Source: Zygnema circumcarinatum SAG 698-1b
Taxonomy: Eukaryota > Plantae > Zygnematophyceae
DNA: 64,000 nucleotides
Assembly: GCA_037447605.1 (NCBI GenBank)
Contig: CM074806.1
Coordinates: forward strand, 2,480,001-2,544,000
Direction: 5' to 3'
In this document: one piece after another, positions 1-12,200 of the stretch
Layout of the letters: each line of letters opens with the position of its first letter
Numbering within the stretch: position 1 is the stretch's first letter
Position numbers and translations under genes: made by a program
The notes under the pieces: generated by a model
Told to the model about the DNA's origin: nothing
What the model saw: only the letters and a program-made list of their open reading frames with translations
Databases searched by the model: none

Positions 1-107
1 GGGCGATTTTGTTTGGGGGCCTCTACTTTGCTGTTTTTGGAGAAGGCCGAGAGGAGCCTTCCTCCCTTTTCTTTCCCCAATTTGAGTTCTTTCAGCTTTT
101 GGAGTGA

Positions 108-841
108 TTTGACTTCCTCTACAAGTTGGGTGAAGGAGGCTTTGGGATGGTGTGGACGTGTTGTGATTATGTGACATTTGTGATTATGTGACATTTGTGA
201 TTATGTGACATCGGAGTTGGTCGCATGCAAATGCATGGCAAAAGCGACCTTGCAATGCATTGCGGATGTGGAGGCATTGGAGGTAGAGGCGCTCGCTATG
301 TGGCGCCTCCAAGACAATCCTCTCTTTGTCAAACTAAGGCAAGTTTTCCAAGTGATGGAGTTATGTGAGGGGGGGTCTTTATTCGACAAAGTCAACAAAT
401 GTGGAGGATATTTTCTTGAATGGAAAACAATATTCAAACAAATTTGCAAAGGCATGGCAGAAATGCATTCGAGGAATCTCTTATATAGAGATTTGAAACT
501 CGAAAATGTCTTAGTGAAGGAAAATAGGGAAGGGATACGATCAATTAAGATTGCGGATTTTGGATTGAGGGAAATGTATGGAAGTGTTTGCGGGACATAT
601 TTATATATGGTGCCCGAGGTCATGAAAGACGAGGCATATAGAATGCCTGCGGACGTTTGGTCCGCGGGCATCCTCTTATATCGGATGTTAGGGGGCGACT
701 TGCCCTCCCAAGATAGGCCGCCCTTTTGCAAACCGCAGTGGGAAAATGTATCAACACGCAAAGTTTTTAGTTTTTTGAATGTTGTTGACCAAGGAGAATA
801 GACCAACATTCCAAAGTATTTTAAATGATCGTTGGTTTAAT
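108..841 (+). pseudogene. Intronless Ser/Thr protein kinase pseudogene (CAMK/AGC-like catalytic domain), multiply disrupted
   Basis: 120-164 reads YKLGEGGFGMVWTCC (Gly-rich loop). ORF 205-801 carries VACK, YRDLKLEN, IADFG, CGTYLYMVPE and DVWSAG. Subdomain XI (MLLTKENRPTFQSILNDRWF) lies in a different frame from 779. Lesions: 17-bp triplication at 162-212, frameshift near the T-run at 771-778, and an in-frame TGA at 105-107 just upstream. Confidence 0.85.
162..212 (+). repeat. 17-bp tandem triplication (TGTGATTATGTGACATT x3)
   Basis: Units at 162-178, 179-195 and 196-212; the last unit ends in C. Confidence 0.95.
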
Positions 842-2074
842 GCTTGGTTGAGAGAGGAGGAAACGAGTGCTTGGTGGGAGGAGAAGACGAAGAGAGTGAA
901 GAGGCGACAAAAATGCATTGCGCGGAGGCGATAGGAGTAGCGGGAAAGAAACAAACGGGATTCGATGATTTAGTCATGAAGAGTGCAAAAAAGCGGTTGA
1001 AAGGAGGAAAAAGAGGCGAAAGGGAAAAGAGGCGAGGTAGAGAGCGAGAGAATATGAGTGAATGGAAGGGAGAGAGAGAAGTGGCGAGTTAGCCAAGTGG
1101 AGATAAAAAGAGAAGAAAATTGGAATGGAAGGAGCAAAGAGAGGGAAAGAGAGAGAGGACGGATGAGGACGAAGAGGGAAAGAGGGAAAAGGGAGTATGA
1201 GTATGCTCTACGGCCAGAGACGGAGTACGGATTTTTTTTCTATTTCTTCTACTTCGTCTTCTTTTTTGTCTTCTTGTGGAAGAGTGTGTTGGAATGGGTA
1301 GAGGAGGCTTTCGCCATGCTTGTGTTTGCTGTCGCGCCAAGGAAGGAAAGGTTGAAGGAGAAGGGGCAAAGAGGTGGGGCAAGTCTAATCTCAGTACTTT
1401 AAAGTTAAAGTGTTTTCAATCTGCCGCTTCCAATTTTGGGAAGAAGGCGATCAATGATGTTTCAAAAATAGTGGTTAATAGTAGTGTAAATAGATCACAT
1501 TGCGTCTTTTTTATTCATTTGAACTTTGTTGTTCCATTCGGCGAGGAAAGAAAAAGGCTGTGAAAGGCAGCCGGCTGCTTGAAGTCACCATCCCCAACAT
1601 GGGAAGAAAATGCTAAAATTTGGCATTAAAAATTTAAATGGCTCATTTCTGATGAAGGCTTAGCTTCCGTTTTTCTAAGCTCGAACATCAGTTTGTTGTA
1701 GATGATAGATTTGATCTTTTTTTTTTTTTAATTTTTTTTTAAAGGGATGTGAATACTGCAAATTGGCATTTGTCTCACGATGGCAACATGCCATCAATTG
1801 AGCGGAGAAAAAGACAATGTGGAAAAACCAAAAGATGAGGGTTGGGGCTAAGAGCTCAGAAAGTTAGGCTTTTATTTTTTTAAACTTCCATAGCTTTTGG
1901 CAGTCATTTTATTTTCAGCAAAACTACAGGCTCTAAAATTTCTGATAAGAGTTTTTTTCAGCTGTATGTGATCTTTTGAAAATGCAAATATTGCGATGCG
2001 TGTTTTTTCTTTGCTCATTTTCTTTTTTTGTGTGGATAGATATACTTTGCTGAATTTATTTTATTTTGTCACGG

Positions 2075-2108
2075 CAAAGCGCATGAGTGCGCACTTTGTG
2101 AGACTAGT
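2075..2108 (+). mobile_element. Candidate Helitron-type 3' terminus (hairpin, 11-nt spacer, CTAG, then T)
   Basis: GCGCA-TGAG-TGCGC hairpin at 2079-2092 (extendable with CAAA/TTTG), 11-nt spacer, CTAG at 2104-2107, T at 2108. The stem is short and no 5' end or Rep/helicase is visible. Confidence 0.25.
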
Positions 2109-2115
2109 CAGAAGA

Positions 2116-2423
2116 TTTAGGGGTCAGGCTAGGCTTAGGGTGTAAGGTGTAGGGTCTAGGGTCTAGGGTCTAGGGTCTAGGATCTAGGGTCTAGGGTCTA
2201 GGGTCTAAGGTCTAGGGTTTACAAGTCAGGGTTCAAGGATTAGGGATTGGGGATGAGGGGTTTGCGGACTTTGGGCTCAGGCTTTAGGGTTAAGGGCTCA
2301 GGGTTCAGGGACCGGGGTTCAGGGTTTTGGTTGCAGGGTTTAGTGTGACGGGTTTAGGGTTTGTAGGACTTAGGACTAGAATTTCAAAAATGTTGGAGTG
2401 CCCAAAATCAGGGTTTAGGGTTT
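2116..2423 (+). repeat. Interstitial degenerate telomere-like tract (TCTAGGG core; TTTAGGG/TTCAGGG/TTAAGGG variants)
   Basis: Nine tandem 7-mers at 2155-2217 (seven perfect TCTAGGG), flanked by degenerate heptamers related to the plant TTTAGGG repeat. The G-rich strand is on +. Confidence 0.9.
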
Positions 2424-3274
2424 CCGTACCTTTCCGGACAAGGTGTTGGCTGTAGTGAAGGGGACGGCCCAGTCCCGTGACAGGAGTGACGCAGACCTTC
2501 CTTTCAGCTTACAGGTTTGCACCTTCCCCTCAAGCGAGTCTGCAGCACATACGCTAACTGGGACGCCGTGGTATTCTTTTTTTGCTTGAATACAAACACT
2601 CATTCTATAATAAGCTTAAAACAAGGACTTCTACAATGCCGTACATTGCTGAATTACAATGTGAGATTTTTTTTTTTTAAATTGAGGGGAAGTTGAACCC
2701 TAAAATTTAGAATACCATGGCATGTGGTACACTTGCTAGAAGAAGTTCAGACATTGAGTATAAACATTTGAATAACATTTGTGCTATTGAGGGGTGTGGA
2801 ACTTATGTTCGAGTCAACAAGAGCTACATTCACAAAACATTCTTAGCTGTAAGTGGGTCCGCCCTATGACACAATGTCAACTAAATTCTTTTGTTCACGT
2901 GACGAGGCCCGCATTCCGTCTTGTGGGAAACACTTCTCACACTAATCCCATGGTCAAGCAAAGCTTCCAGAACACAAAGAACAGCTCATCTCCATAGTCA
3001 TCTTGTAATCAACGTGATTAAGAATCTAGAGCTCATGAATGTGTGACATGGAGTTGAAAGCTATTCACTTTATTGCGAGGACCTAAAAGACAGTGGCTGC
3101 AGCTCAGTACACACAATGAGTGCACAGCTGCAAGGCGGTACATGCAAATTTACATGCCTAGATTCGCCCACAAAGGAGGCAATAATAGCAGCGCTATCCA
3201 ACCCTGCTGCCGCTCAGCAGCCCAGTGGCGCTGCAGAAACACGGAGCTGTTAAGGGCCGCCAACAGCCTCCTTC

Positions 3275-6200
3275 CTATTCTTCGCTCCCTCCCCGGTACG
3301 AAAATAACTTCACGAGCCCATCGGCTCCACAAGTGAGAATCCCTCCGGGAGTCGGAACGATGTCCATCACCGCCGCCTGCACCCACGAATTACACCATTG
3401 AAAATGCATCCCTCAATTTGTACGACATGAGGACACGTCAGACATAACTGCAAAAAACAAAACGATGGAGAGAATGCAGTGCTTCTTGAAGGCCCTTCTG
3501 CTGTACATCTTGCTGGTGTTCCTTTCTAATCTGACCACATTGCGATGCCATTATTACCTGCATCACTGCTGCAAATCCACGGGCATTGAGAAACGTCCGC
3601 CGTTCATGCACTCGTGGCCAGTGTTGCAGCTGCTGACACGTGGCAGCATCCCACAGCTTCATGTCTCCATCCTTACTGCCACTTAAGAAAAATGTAGTGC
3701 CCGGGATGACCGCTACGCTGCTTGCGCTGCCTGCAAGAGAGGAGGTCAGCCATCGAATAAGCAGCCATGGCAATGGATGCTGGCAAACACTTCCTTTTTA
3801 AGAATCGTTGAAATACTCCGGCCATTAAGATAGTCGCAATCACAACCCTAATAGCTGGACAGAAGTTTGTTCCTCACCGGAATGCGCCTTCGGAACAAGC
3901 CAAAGGGCGCCCTCTCCCGCGGCTGCCGAGCGGCCCTTGCCGTTCGCGATGAACCTGAAGTCGTGCACAGCGATGTCTCCGCCCTTCCCGCCACTCACAA
4001 TGAGCGGATAGCTCCCCCCCCCGCTGCTGCCCGCCTCGATAACATCAATAGAGAGCGCCCCGCCTGACAGCATAGCAACGTTTGGGGGACAGTAAGTAAG
4101 GTGACGCATTCATGCAGCCGCCTTAACCATTTATAGGAAGTAAACTTAACAGGGTGCGCATGTAAAGCTTTGCATGGCGAGCTACTGTTACGAACCCAAG
4201 CATTGGATGATTTGGCAACAAAAGTGAAACGAGCCCACTAATGTAAATTAAACGCAGTTCGTACAACCCCGGTGATTTCATAGTGCAGATGTAAGCTAAA
4301 CCTACGTAAATATGCAAGAGAGAGAGAGAGAGGCCGGAGGGGAAGCAGAGCGAGAAGGAACGGAGGAGAGGGAGAGAGAGAGAGAGGTAGGTGTCCCACC
4401 CTCATGGCATATGGCTGAGGCCCGCGAGGAGGTGGGAGGTGCTAGTGTGTCCCACAGCACCAAGTTGGAGTTGCTCGGAGACAACCCTCCCGCAGCGAGC
4501 ACGCTTCCCCCCGCTCCCACATATGCGCAGTCGCTGCCCACGCCCAGCAGCAATCGCCGTCACGACTCCACTCAAATTACTCAGCTCACATTTTGAAAGC
4601 CCTTTCTATTATCAACAGCAGAAATTTGTAGTTGTTTTCTCAAGACCCTTCTAAGTTGGAAGAAAAAAAAAGTGGAGACAAGAGAGAGCAAAGACATGAG
4701 GAAATGAAAGGGACGGGTGGTGGTATATCGAAGAGAGGGGCCGGAGAGGGAGCGAAAGAAGTAGGAGAGAGTAAGTGAGAGCGAGGGCAGATGACGGATG
4801 GAGTCTCTCACTATGACTGTCTGGAGAAGCAGTGGCGGGTGTCCGCGGGGCGCACGTTGCTGCGTCCGCCAACCTCAATGCGCCACGTGGACAGGGTCCC
4901 GTCTGCGGCGGCTGTGGCAAAGCGGTGCCCGTAGCGGTCAAAGCGCACAGCGGCCACAGAGGCGAGGCTCAAGGGGATGGCCGTGTTGGGGGGTGGCAGC
5001 ACTCCGTACGTCGCCGTAGCCGTCGTCTTTCCAAACTGCGAACATGGAGAGCACAGACCCACTCCTCTATTGGTTTTTGGAGACCATAGCCGTTCTGAAA
5101 GCACACGCTGCACCCAGAGGGAGGGAGTACAGCCTACTGACTCACCTCCCACAAGTAGACATGCGTGTTGTTTGAGCCCGCCAAGAAGAGGGGTCTTAGA
5201 GGATGCGCTGCAAGTGCCCTGCTGGCAACATTCTCCAGAGTGGCAGGGGGGTCTGCAAAACCCTCTACAGCATCTTCCCAGTCCTCCCACCCCAACCCCC
5301 ATGCGCCGATTCCTCCATACCCAGGGATGCCCATTCCCAACCCCCCCATGCTCATGTCTGCCATAGACCTTCCCGAGGGGCTGCGGATCATGCTTTGGGT
5401 GCGTTTGGGGGGCAGGCCGGGGGGGTACGTGGCAGGCGGAGGAGTGGCCACGGAGCCCGCCCAGCCATTCCGGGGCCAATGGGAGTCGCCCCACAGATTG
5501 TCGGGGGAGGAGGAGAAGGGCTCGTGGGTGGCCATGTCCGCAAACACGAGGCCCTGAAAGGACGCACTTGCCAGTTAGGAGTTTCTCTTTGAAAGAAGGG
5601 GTAGGTTCACAAGGGTGTAGATGGATCGTACAGACGCCTACTGCCTGTGGGAAATGATAAACTGCTTTCGCCGGGGCAGGATGGAAGTGTAGCTTGGCAT
5701 TCTTACCTTGCGATTTGTTGCGATTACCACTTGCCGTGGGTCGAGGGCGTTCACACAGACGGCCTATGCGAAATTGTGGGAGAGGTCAAGCAAGGCACTT
5801 GGCAGCGGGTGAGAAATGAGGGGAGCAAAACCGTGCTCTCAACCATTAGCGAGATGCATTGCTTTGGCAGCCATGGGCGCACTCAGAAGGCGAAGGGAAC
5901 TCTTGCCCTCACCTCCAGGAGTTCACCTGGCAACCTGCAAACTTCTTCTCCGTCACCGAAAACTGGAAGCGATTGCCACGTTAGGTTTTTCTCCTTCACT
6001 CCATGTTCGCCTTCACCAGCCCTCTCTCTCCCAGAAATGCTTGGCTGCTCCAACTTTCTCCCGCTCCCTCCACTCTGGCCACCTCTCCCATTCACCGGCT
6101 TCTTCCTCCCAACATCCCCACTCCTCTCCCCCCTCCCTGTACCTTTAGTTGACCCTCCAGCTCCTCCTCCTGCTCCCTCTCCAGAGCTGCCGTGCTTCCC

Positions 6201-9200
6201 ACCCCCTCCCCCAGCGTCCTCATCGCCGCGGCTTGTGTTCCATGTTCCGCCTCCCACTGCACGCGTTCCCTTCCTTCTCCGAGGGGGAGAGCTCAGCCCC
6301 TCCAGAGATAGTGCAGTCCTTATCTTCTCTCTGACTACAATCAGACCCCACAGCTCTAATGTGGCAGAGTCTGTTACCGCCAAAACTACCTCAGGCGTAC
6401 TTCTAACCCTCTCCTGCACACTGCTTCCGTTTTCCTTTCCCTTAGACACCTCCTGCCTGCCCCCTCTTGCAGCATCCTTGCTCATATCAGCACGCGAGAG
6501 TGGCAGTGGATCCGCCTCCTCTCCCCAGATCCACCTGCTAATGGAATCAGCCTCAGGGTTAACCTGCACTGCCAATTGCAGGTGTGCTGCTAGCTGACAC
6601 CTCAGCCCAGAAGCCGCAGCTACAAAAGCAGTGTTAACAATATCTCCCTCATCCTTCTTCCCCGCTTTGACAGGGGTCGACACGACATTCGCAGGTCGCG
6701 AGATAACGCTGACCCCTCCTCCCATTCCTATTGCTGACTTTGCCTGTGAAGGACTGTTCTGATATGGCGGTGATGCGTAGGGCGAGCCTGCAGGAGTGAG
6801 GGTGGAGGAGAGGGGCGGGGAATGGAGGGGAGTGGTCGACGTAGAGGGGGCGTTAGTAGGCAGCTGTGACGAGTAGCCACTTCCGCCCACTTTCAGCTGC
6901 GCCTGCTGTTGGGGTGAAGCCCATCCAAAGGCCTCATACCTCACCTCCCCAGCCTTCCCTCCTCGAGCTAATTTCTTCCTCACATAAGCTCCCATGTGCC
7001 CCCACAATGCCACACTCAGAATGCGCCAAGTGTCATCCTCTGAAAGTGTCAATGTGCCACCTCCACCCTCTGCTGCTAATGCTGAAGGGCCTGACACGTG
7101 GGGCACGGAAGGCATTGCCCCCTTCTCCCTATTTCTCCGTTCCTCCTCTCCCTCCCCCACTCCCTCACCCCTTCGGAGGCTCTTGTACCAAGTAAGATAC
7201 TCATCTCCACTCAACGGTAGGAATGGCCCCATGTTCCGATCCTCCATAGTCCGTCTCACGAGTCCGAGAAGCACAGACGGCTCTCGACTCAGCCACGCTG
7301 CTGCCACCGCACAGAACAAAGCAAGCAACTCTCCCGCTATCCTCCTCCTCCTCCCCTTCTCCTGCCCCTCCTCTCCCTCTGCTGCTACCACTTCCTTCCC
7401 ACCTGCCAGCCCGTCCGAGATTGCCAGCAGCTCCATGAGCTCCCCAGCAAAGCGGACCAACTCCATCGCCTGAGCTTCAGGCAGTATCCCCCTTCCCCTC
7501 TCCTCTCCACCTCCATTCCCCTTCCCCTTCCCCTGCTCCTCCATCACTGCTTTCTGCTCTCGAGCTCTGGAGAGTGGTCCGTGCCCCCCAGCTGCCTGAG
7601 GTAGTGAATGCTTTGAGTCTGCCGTCTGTGCTGTCCTATTACTTTGCAGCAGCAGAGCAGCGGTGGGGGCAGCAGTCCCTCCACAGGCGAGAACAGTGCG
7701 AGCGAGGGCAGGAGGGGCCCTTCGCAGCATGTTCTGCAGAAGGCGAGCTGCTGCTTCACTCACATTCGACGAATTCGGTAAACAGAACGGAGACTCCGTG
7801 TTCCATGGCGCCTGCAGAGTGGAGCTTCCCAGAAGGCGGCAAAGAAGATACAAACGCTGTGTCTGCACCGCGAAAGCTGCGAGCTGCAGCAACCAGAAGC
7901 AGAGCAGGATGTGAGCTGAGTACGAAGCAGATGTTCACTTGGAAGCTCTTATAGTGAAATCACACAGTAGTGACAGTCATTTTCCCCCTTCAGGTATTTC
8001 AGATGTCTAGACTCACCGATCCCGCCATTGTTGTAGTCTCCACCTTCCATGCCCTTACCGCCAACCGCACATCTTCTTCCAACTTTCGAGAATCGTTCCC
8101 AAGCTTCTCCTTCACTTCCTTAACCTCGACTTCTCCATCCCCATCAGCCCCATCGTCCTGTCGATCATTGCTGCCTGCCGCCTTACTCAGTGCAGCTGCT
8201 TCTTCTTTCCAGAATGGATGCCGGTTTACCAGTGTCTGGGTGGCAAGGCGATCTTTCATGGCAGCTCTAACTTCTTCTATGACAGCATCAGCCACCCACC
8301 CCTCCCCTATGCGCATCTCCAATCCCTTAGCGGCTTTGGCAGTCATATCGTCCTCGACATTCACTGCGGCTGAACCTGAATCTTCAGCATTCTCAGAATC
8401 CGAATCCTCAGAGTCGCTCATGAAAGAGAACGCTGCGAAAGCAGAATTCCCCTGCTTCTGAGTGGGCTTTAAAGGGCCTGCCGCAGGTTTAAGCATAGGA
8501 GAGGAAAGCCGCTCCAATGCTAGAAGCTGCAGCGCAAAGAACGGATGAACTCACAGAATGAGGCGGCATAACGTAAGTCAGTACAACACATGGAGATCAG
8601 CTGACAGCAGCGAATGCAAAATGCATGTCAGGGATGCATTTGGTGGTGTTCCCGAGCCTTACCTGCAGCCCAGCTCTGTCGAATGCGTACACAGATTGCA
8701 GAGTTGACTTGGCTGCGATTTCCGCAGCTTCGGCTGCATGTGGGCCGCTGGCAAGACCGGGCTTGGCAGCTACAAGTGCGCAGAAGTCACCCGCTTCGGG
8801 ATCAAAGCAAATGGGCTTTTCTTGCAGCGTACTGGTTTGAGCTTGAGAGTAGCCGCAGACAACCACCTCGCGGAGGGCTTCAATTCGATTTCCCAACAGC
8901 CACTGCAAGCTCATAGAAAGGCGATGACATTGCACAATACTACTCAGGTTTCAGGTTTCACCTTGAGCGAACACTTTCAGCACGTACGAGTGGAGGACCT
9001 GCTATCTGCATCCTCTCAATGCTAAAGCTCACTCTCCTCTCTCCCCTGAGAGAGTGCCCTCCTACCTGCAGCGTGCATGCTTGCCAGCGATCATTTCTCC
9101 GCAAAGCCGCCGGTAGCAGCACTCTCTGAATGAGATCGGTGGCAATGGGGCCGCATGCAGTTGGATTGGAGCTGTCCAGCAGGCGAGAAACCACGAGACC

Positions 9201-12200
9201 GAGCTGCGGGTCATTCAGATTCCTCGCGCAAACTGTTCCTGCCGAAACCGCATCTCCTCCGAGTACAAAGAATGCAGCAGCGAGCTCAAAGCGGTGCTGA
9301 CTCATCAGCACATACGCGTTCTTCAAAGCAGCAGCCTGATGCTTCTCGTCCTGCAGGCAGGCAGTGGGGAGAAAGAACCACAATCACACCCACAAATAAA
9401 ATGCAACGGCCAAGATATTCACTGACATTAGGCTTCTCTTCATCAAGAAAACTCCGACTAGGCTCGGAAATGGCATGGAGCTGCACAATGTGCATGGAGC
9501 TTTCTTTCTTTTCTTTCTTTTTCCCTTCAACTTCCTCCATGGGCTGCCTTCTCTCCCGGCTTGTCCGTCCGCACCTTGAAGTCTCGCCCTAAAAACTCCA
9601 CAAGTTTTTTATCCTTCTCATCGCGGCTGAGCTTGAGCAGGCCGAGAAGCACAGTCCGCCTATCGAGAGCCATATAGAGCAAAGCGCAGTCCTTTCCATC
9701 TCTCCGCTGAAGAAACTGTTGTCTCGCCAGCTTCTCCATCTGTACGCCCCTGAACTCGGAATCATTAAATCTGAAGATGCACTCGGAATCATCAAATCTG
9801 AAAATGCAACTGACACACTCAGTTGGTAAACCATTGCCCTTCGAGTTTTTTTCAAGCAGTTCCCAGGGTCACGTAATAAGTCATAGCACAGTTATCTTGC
9901 ATCTGAAAGAAACTGCAGTAGCCCACAGTCAGCCCACTCACCCTTTGCCTCAACTCCAGTCCATTTGTCAGCCAGTAACCGATTCCCAGGGCCCTGTAAG
10001 CCTGCCACGTGGCGTTCTCAGGGAGGCAGGCAGACAATAGGGCCTCCTTAGTCTCCGAATGGAGCAGCCATGCGATATCTTTGGAGCCCATTATCACCTC
10101 CTCTACCTCCGCCTTCTTCGCCTCCTTCCGTGAAACGGCCAAAACGGCAGTCCTTAGGGCCAACCGAAACCTGCCACATGGTGACTCTTAATTTAGCCTT
10201 TTCTCCCACTCCCCCCCTACCTCACTCATAGAATGGAAAAACAAAGAAACAGGGAGAAAAACTGAAAGAAAGGCCTATGTCATACCACTCTGCTGGAGGA
10301 TCCAATGAAAGCCCCCTTTGACCACCTTGCTCCGCTGCGTCCACCTCCGCCATTGCATCAAATATAGCGAGTAGTTCTATCCCCTCATTTCTGGAAAGGC
10401 CGGGAAGGGACGGACTCTGTCCCAGCACCTCTGCTATCTCCTCTACCTCTCCCTTCGAAAAAAGCTTCTCCCCTCCTCTCCTTACCCTGCTTATAGGCCC
10501 TTCTTCTACTCCGTCTCCTTCTCCCACCTCCGTCGATTCACCAGGGAACTGACCGCTGATTGGTGCAGTGAGGCTGAACGGATTCTGTTTGCGCTCGTGT
10601 CCTGTGCTACTTAAAAACGACCCTTCCCCGAGTGCAGGTCGCCTCCCAAAAGCCCCTCCCTGGACAGTCCTGCTGCTATTAGGGGATGGGCCATCATCGA
10701 GAAGGTCGGAGAGGCACATGGCGGGCATGGGGGGTTCATGGTCAAATTGATGATGATGATGACGTGGCGAGGAAACGGCGGTGATCTCCCGAAGTGAAAG
10801 AGCAAGATGGCGGATGCACGCTCGCACTCGCCTCTTCTGTCCTGTATCCACATTTCAGCCATACTTCTCTTGTTATACAAAGAGGAAACTCAGTTGTAGC
10901 AACACACATACGGCAGATAGGTGTCTGCCATTAGTTATAGTTCCTGTATCCGTGGCAAACAAATCCCGATGTTCACGCCACCGCACCCGAAAAAAAGTGC
11001 TAGACCAGACAACAAGGAAACGAAAAAAGGAGGAAGCAAACAAGAACGGAAGTATTTTGAATCAAGATGTAGAACGTTAAAAAACACAAAACGAGGTTCC
11101 ATGCCTCCTGGGGTGAACAGATTTAAAGCAGAGAAACACAACGATGGTGCCAAGTTATAGAAAGCGTTGAGAAGATCAAAGTCACCTGTGTGAAGGTACA
11201 AAAGGAGAGCGCGCGGATGATAGTCCGGCAGCGGTGCAGCCACCCTCCTAACGTACTCTAGCAGAGAGTAACTTCCAGACTCCTCCGCTCTTCTCACCGT
11301 ACCATCCCCACACTGAGAGTTCGGCCTAAGCAACGACTCATCCGATTTCACAACGATCATCCCTTTGTTCGAAGCCCCCACCTTCATTCTTGCCAACATT
11401 GGAGATGAAGCCGACTTTGCCATAGTTAAACCAAGTGCTGACCCGTTGACTTCTGTCAATCGCTTAGATAGGAGCCACTGGCTTAAGACCCAAATCTGAC
11501 TACCAGCACTCACAATCAGCGAACCGTGTGGGCCCCACCTCACCGACTGAATTGACTGCGTGGATGAATACAGCGTGGCAATTTCACGCCAGCCTCCTGA
11601 TTCCGATGGCTGCCCCTCTCCGCTCTCTCTCTCCTCTGCCGTCTTTGCTCTCTCTACAGACCCCCCGGCAATATGCCACGCTTGGTACAACTCTTTGTCC
11701 TGCTTTTGGGACTCTAGACTCTCCCCATCTTGGTTTGTCTCAAAGTTACCATCTTCAATACGAATCTTTTCACGGGTAAATACGTGGACTGCTTTGGAGG
11801 TGCTCACAACCAGCACAAGCAACCCCTTCTCTTGGTTGAGCCAATCGAGAGCCGTTACTTCATGCATGATCGTTAGCTTTCCCTCCAACGCAAACCCATA
11901 ACATTGCTCGTTGCCCCCAGTTTTCTCCCCTGAACACGTCTCGGCCTCCCAAATCTTGACATGTGTCAACGATCCACTCACCGATGCTGTCGCTAAGCGT
12001 CCGCCACCTGCCGCAACTCCAATGAAGACTACAGCCGACTCGTGGGCCTGCAAACACCCAACACTCGTCCATCCTTCCTTTACGGAGGATGCCGAATGCA
12101 CACCCTCGTTTTCCATTTTCTTCTTATCTGTAAGCCTCCAAAACTTAACTCTGCCATTTACAGAGCCTGTCACTAAACAGTATTGCAGGCCATCCCTAAC

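Noticed and set aside
201-809. 202-aa minus-strand ORF
   Set aside because: Antisense shadow of the kinase reading frame, with no independent motifs.
844-1563. Arg/Glu/Lys-rich ORFs after the kinase
   Set aside because: They arise from GA-rich low-complexity sequence. At most they are a decayed kinase tail, and no domain is recognisable.
2400-2640. Possible telomerase RNA gene (AAACCCTAAACCCT on the minus strand)
   Set aside because: The template-like stretch is the end of the telomeric tract and is followed at once by TTTT. No USE-TATA promoter is present in the right order.
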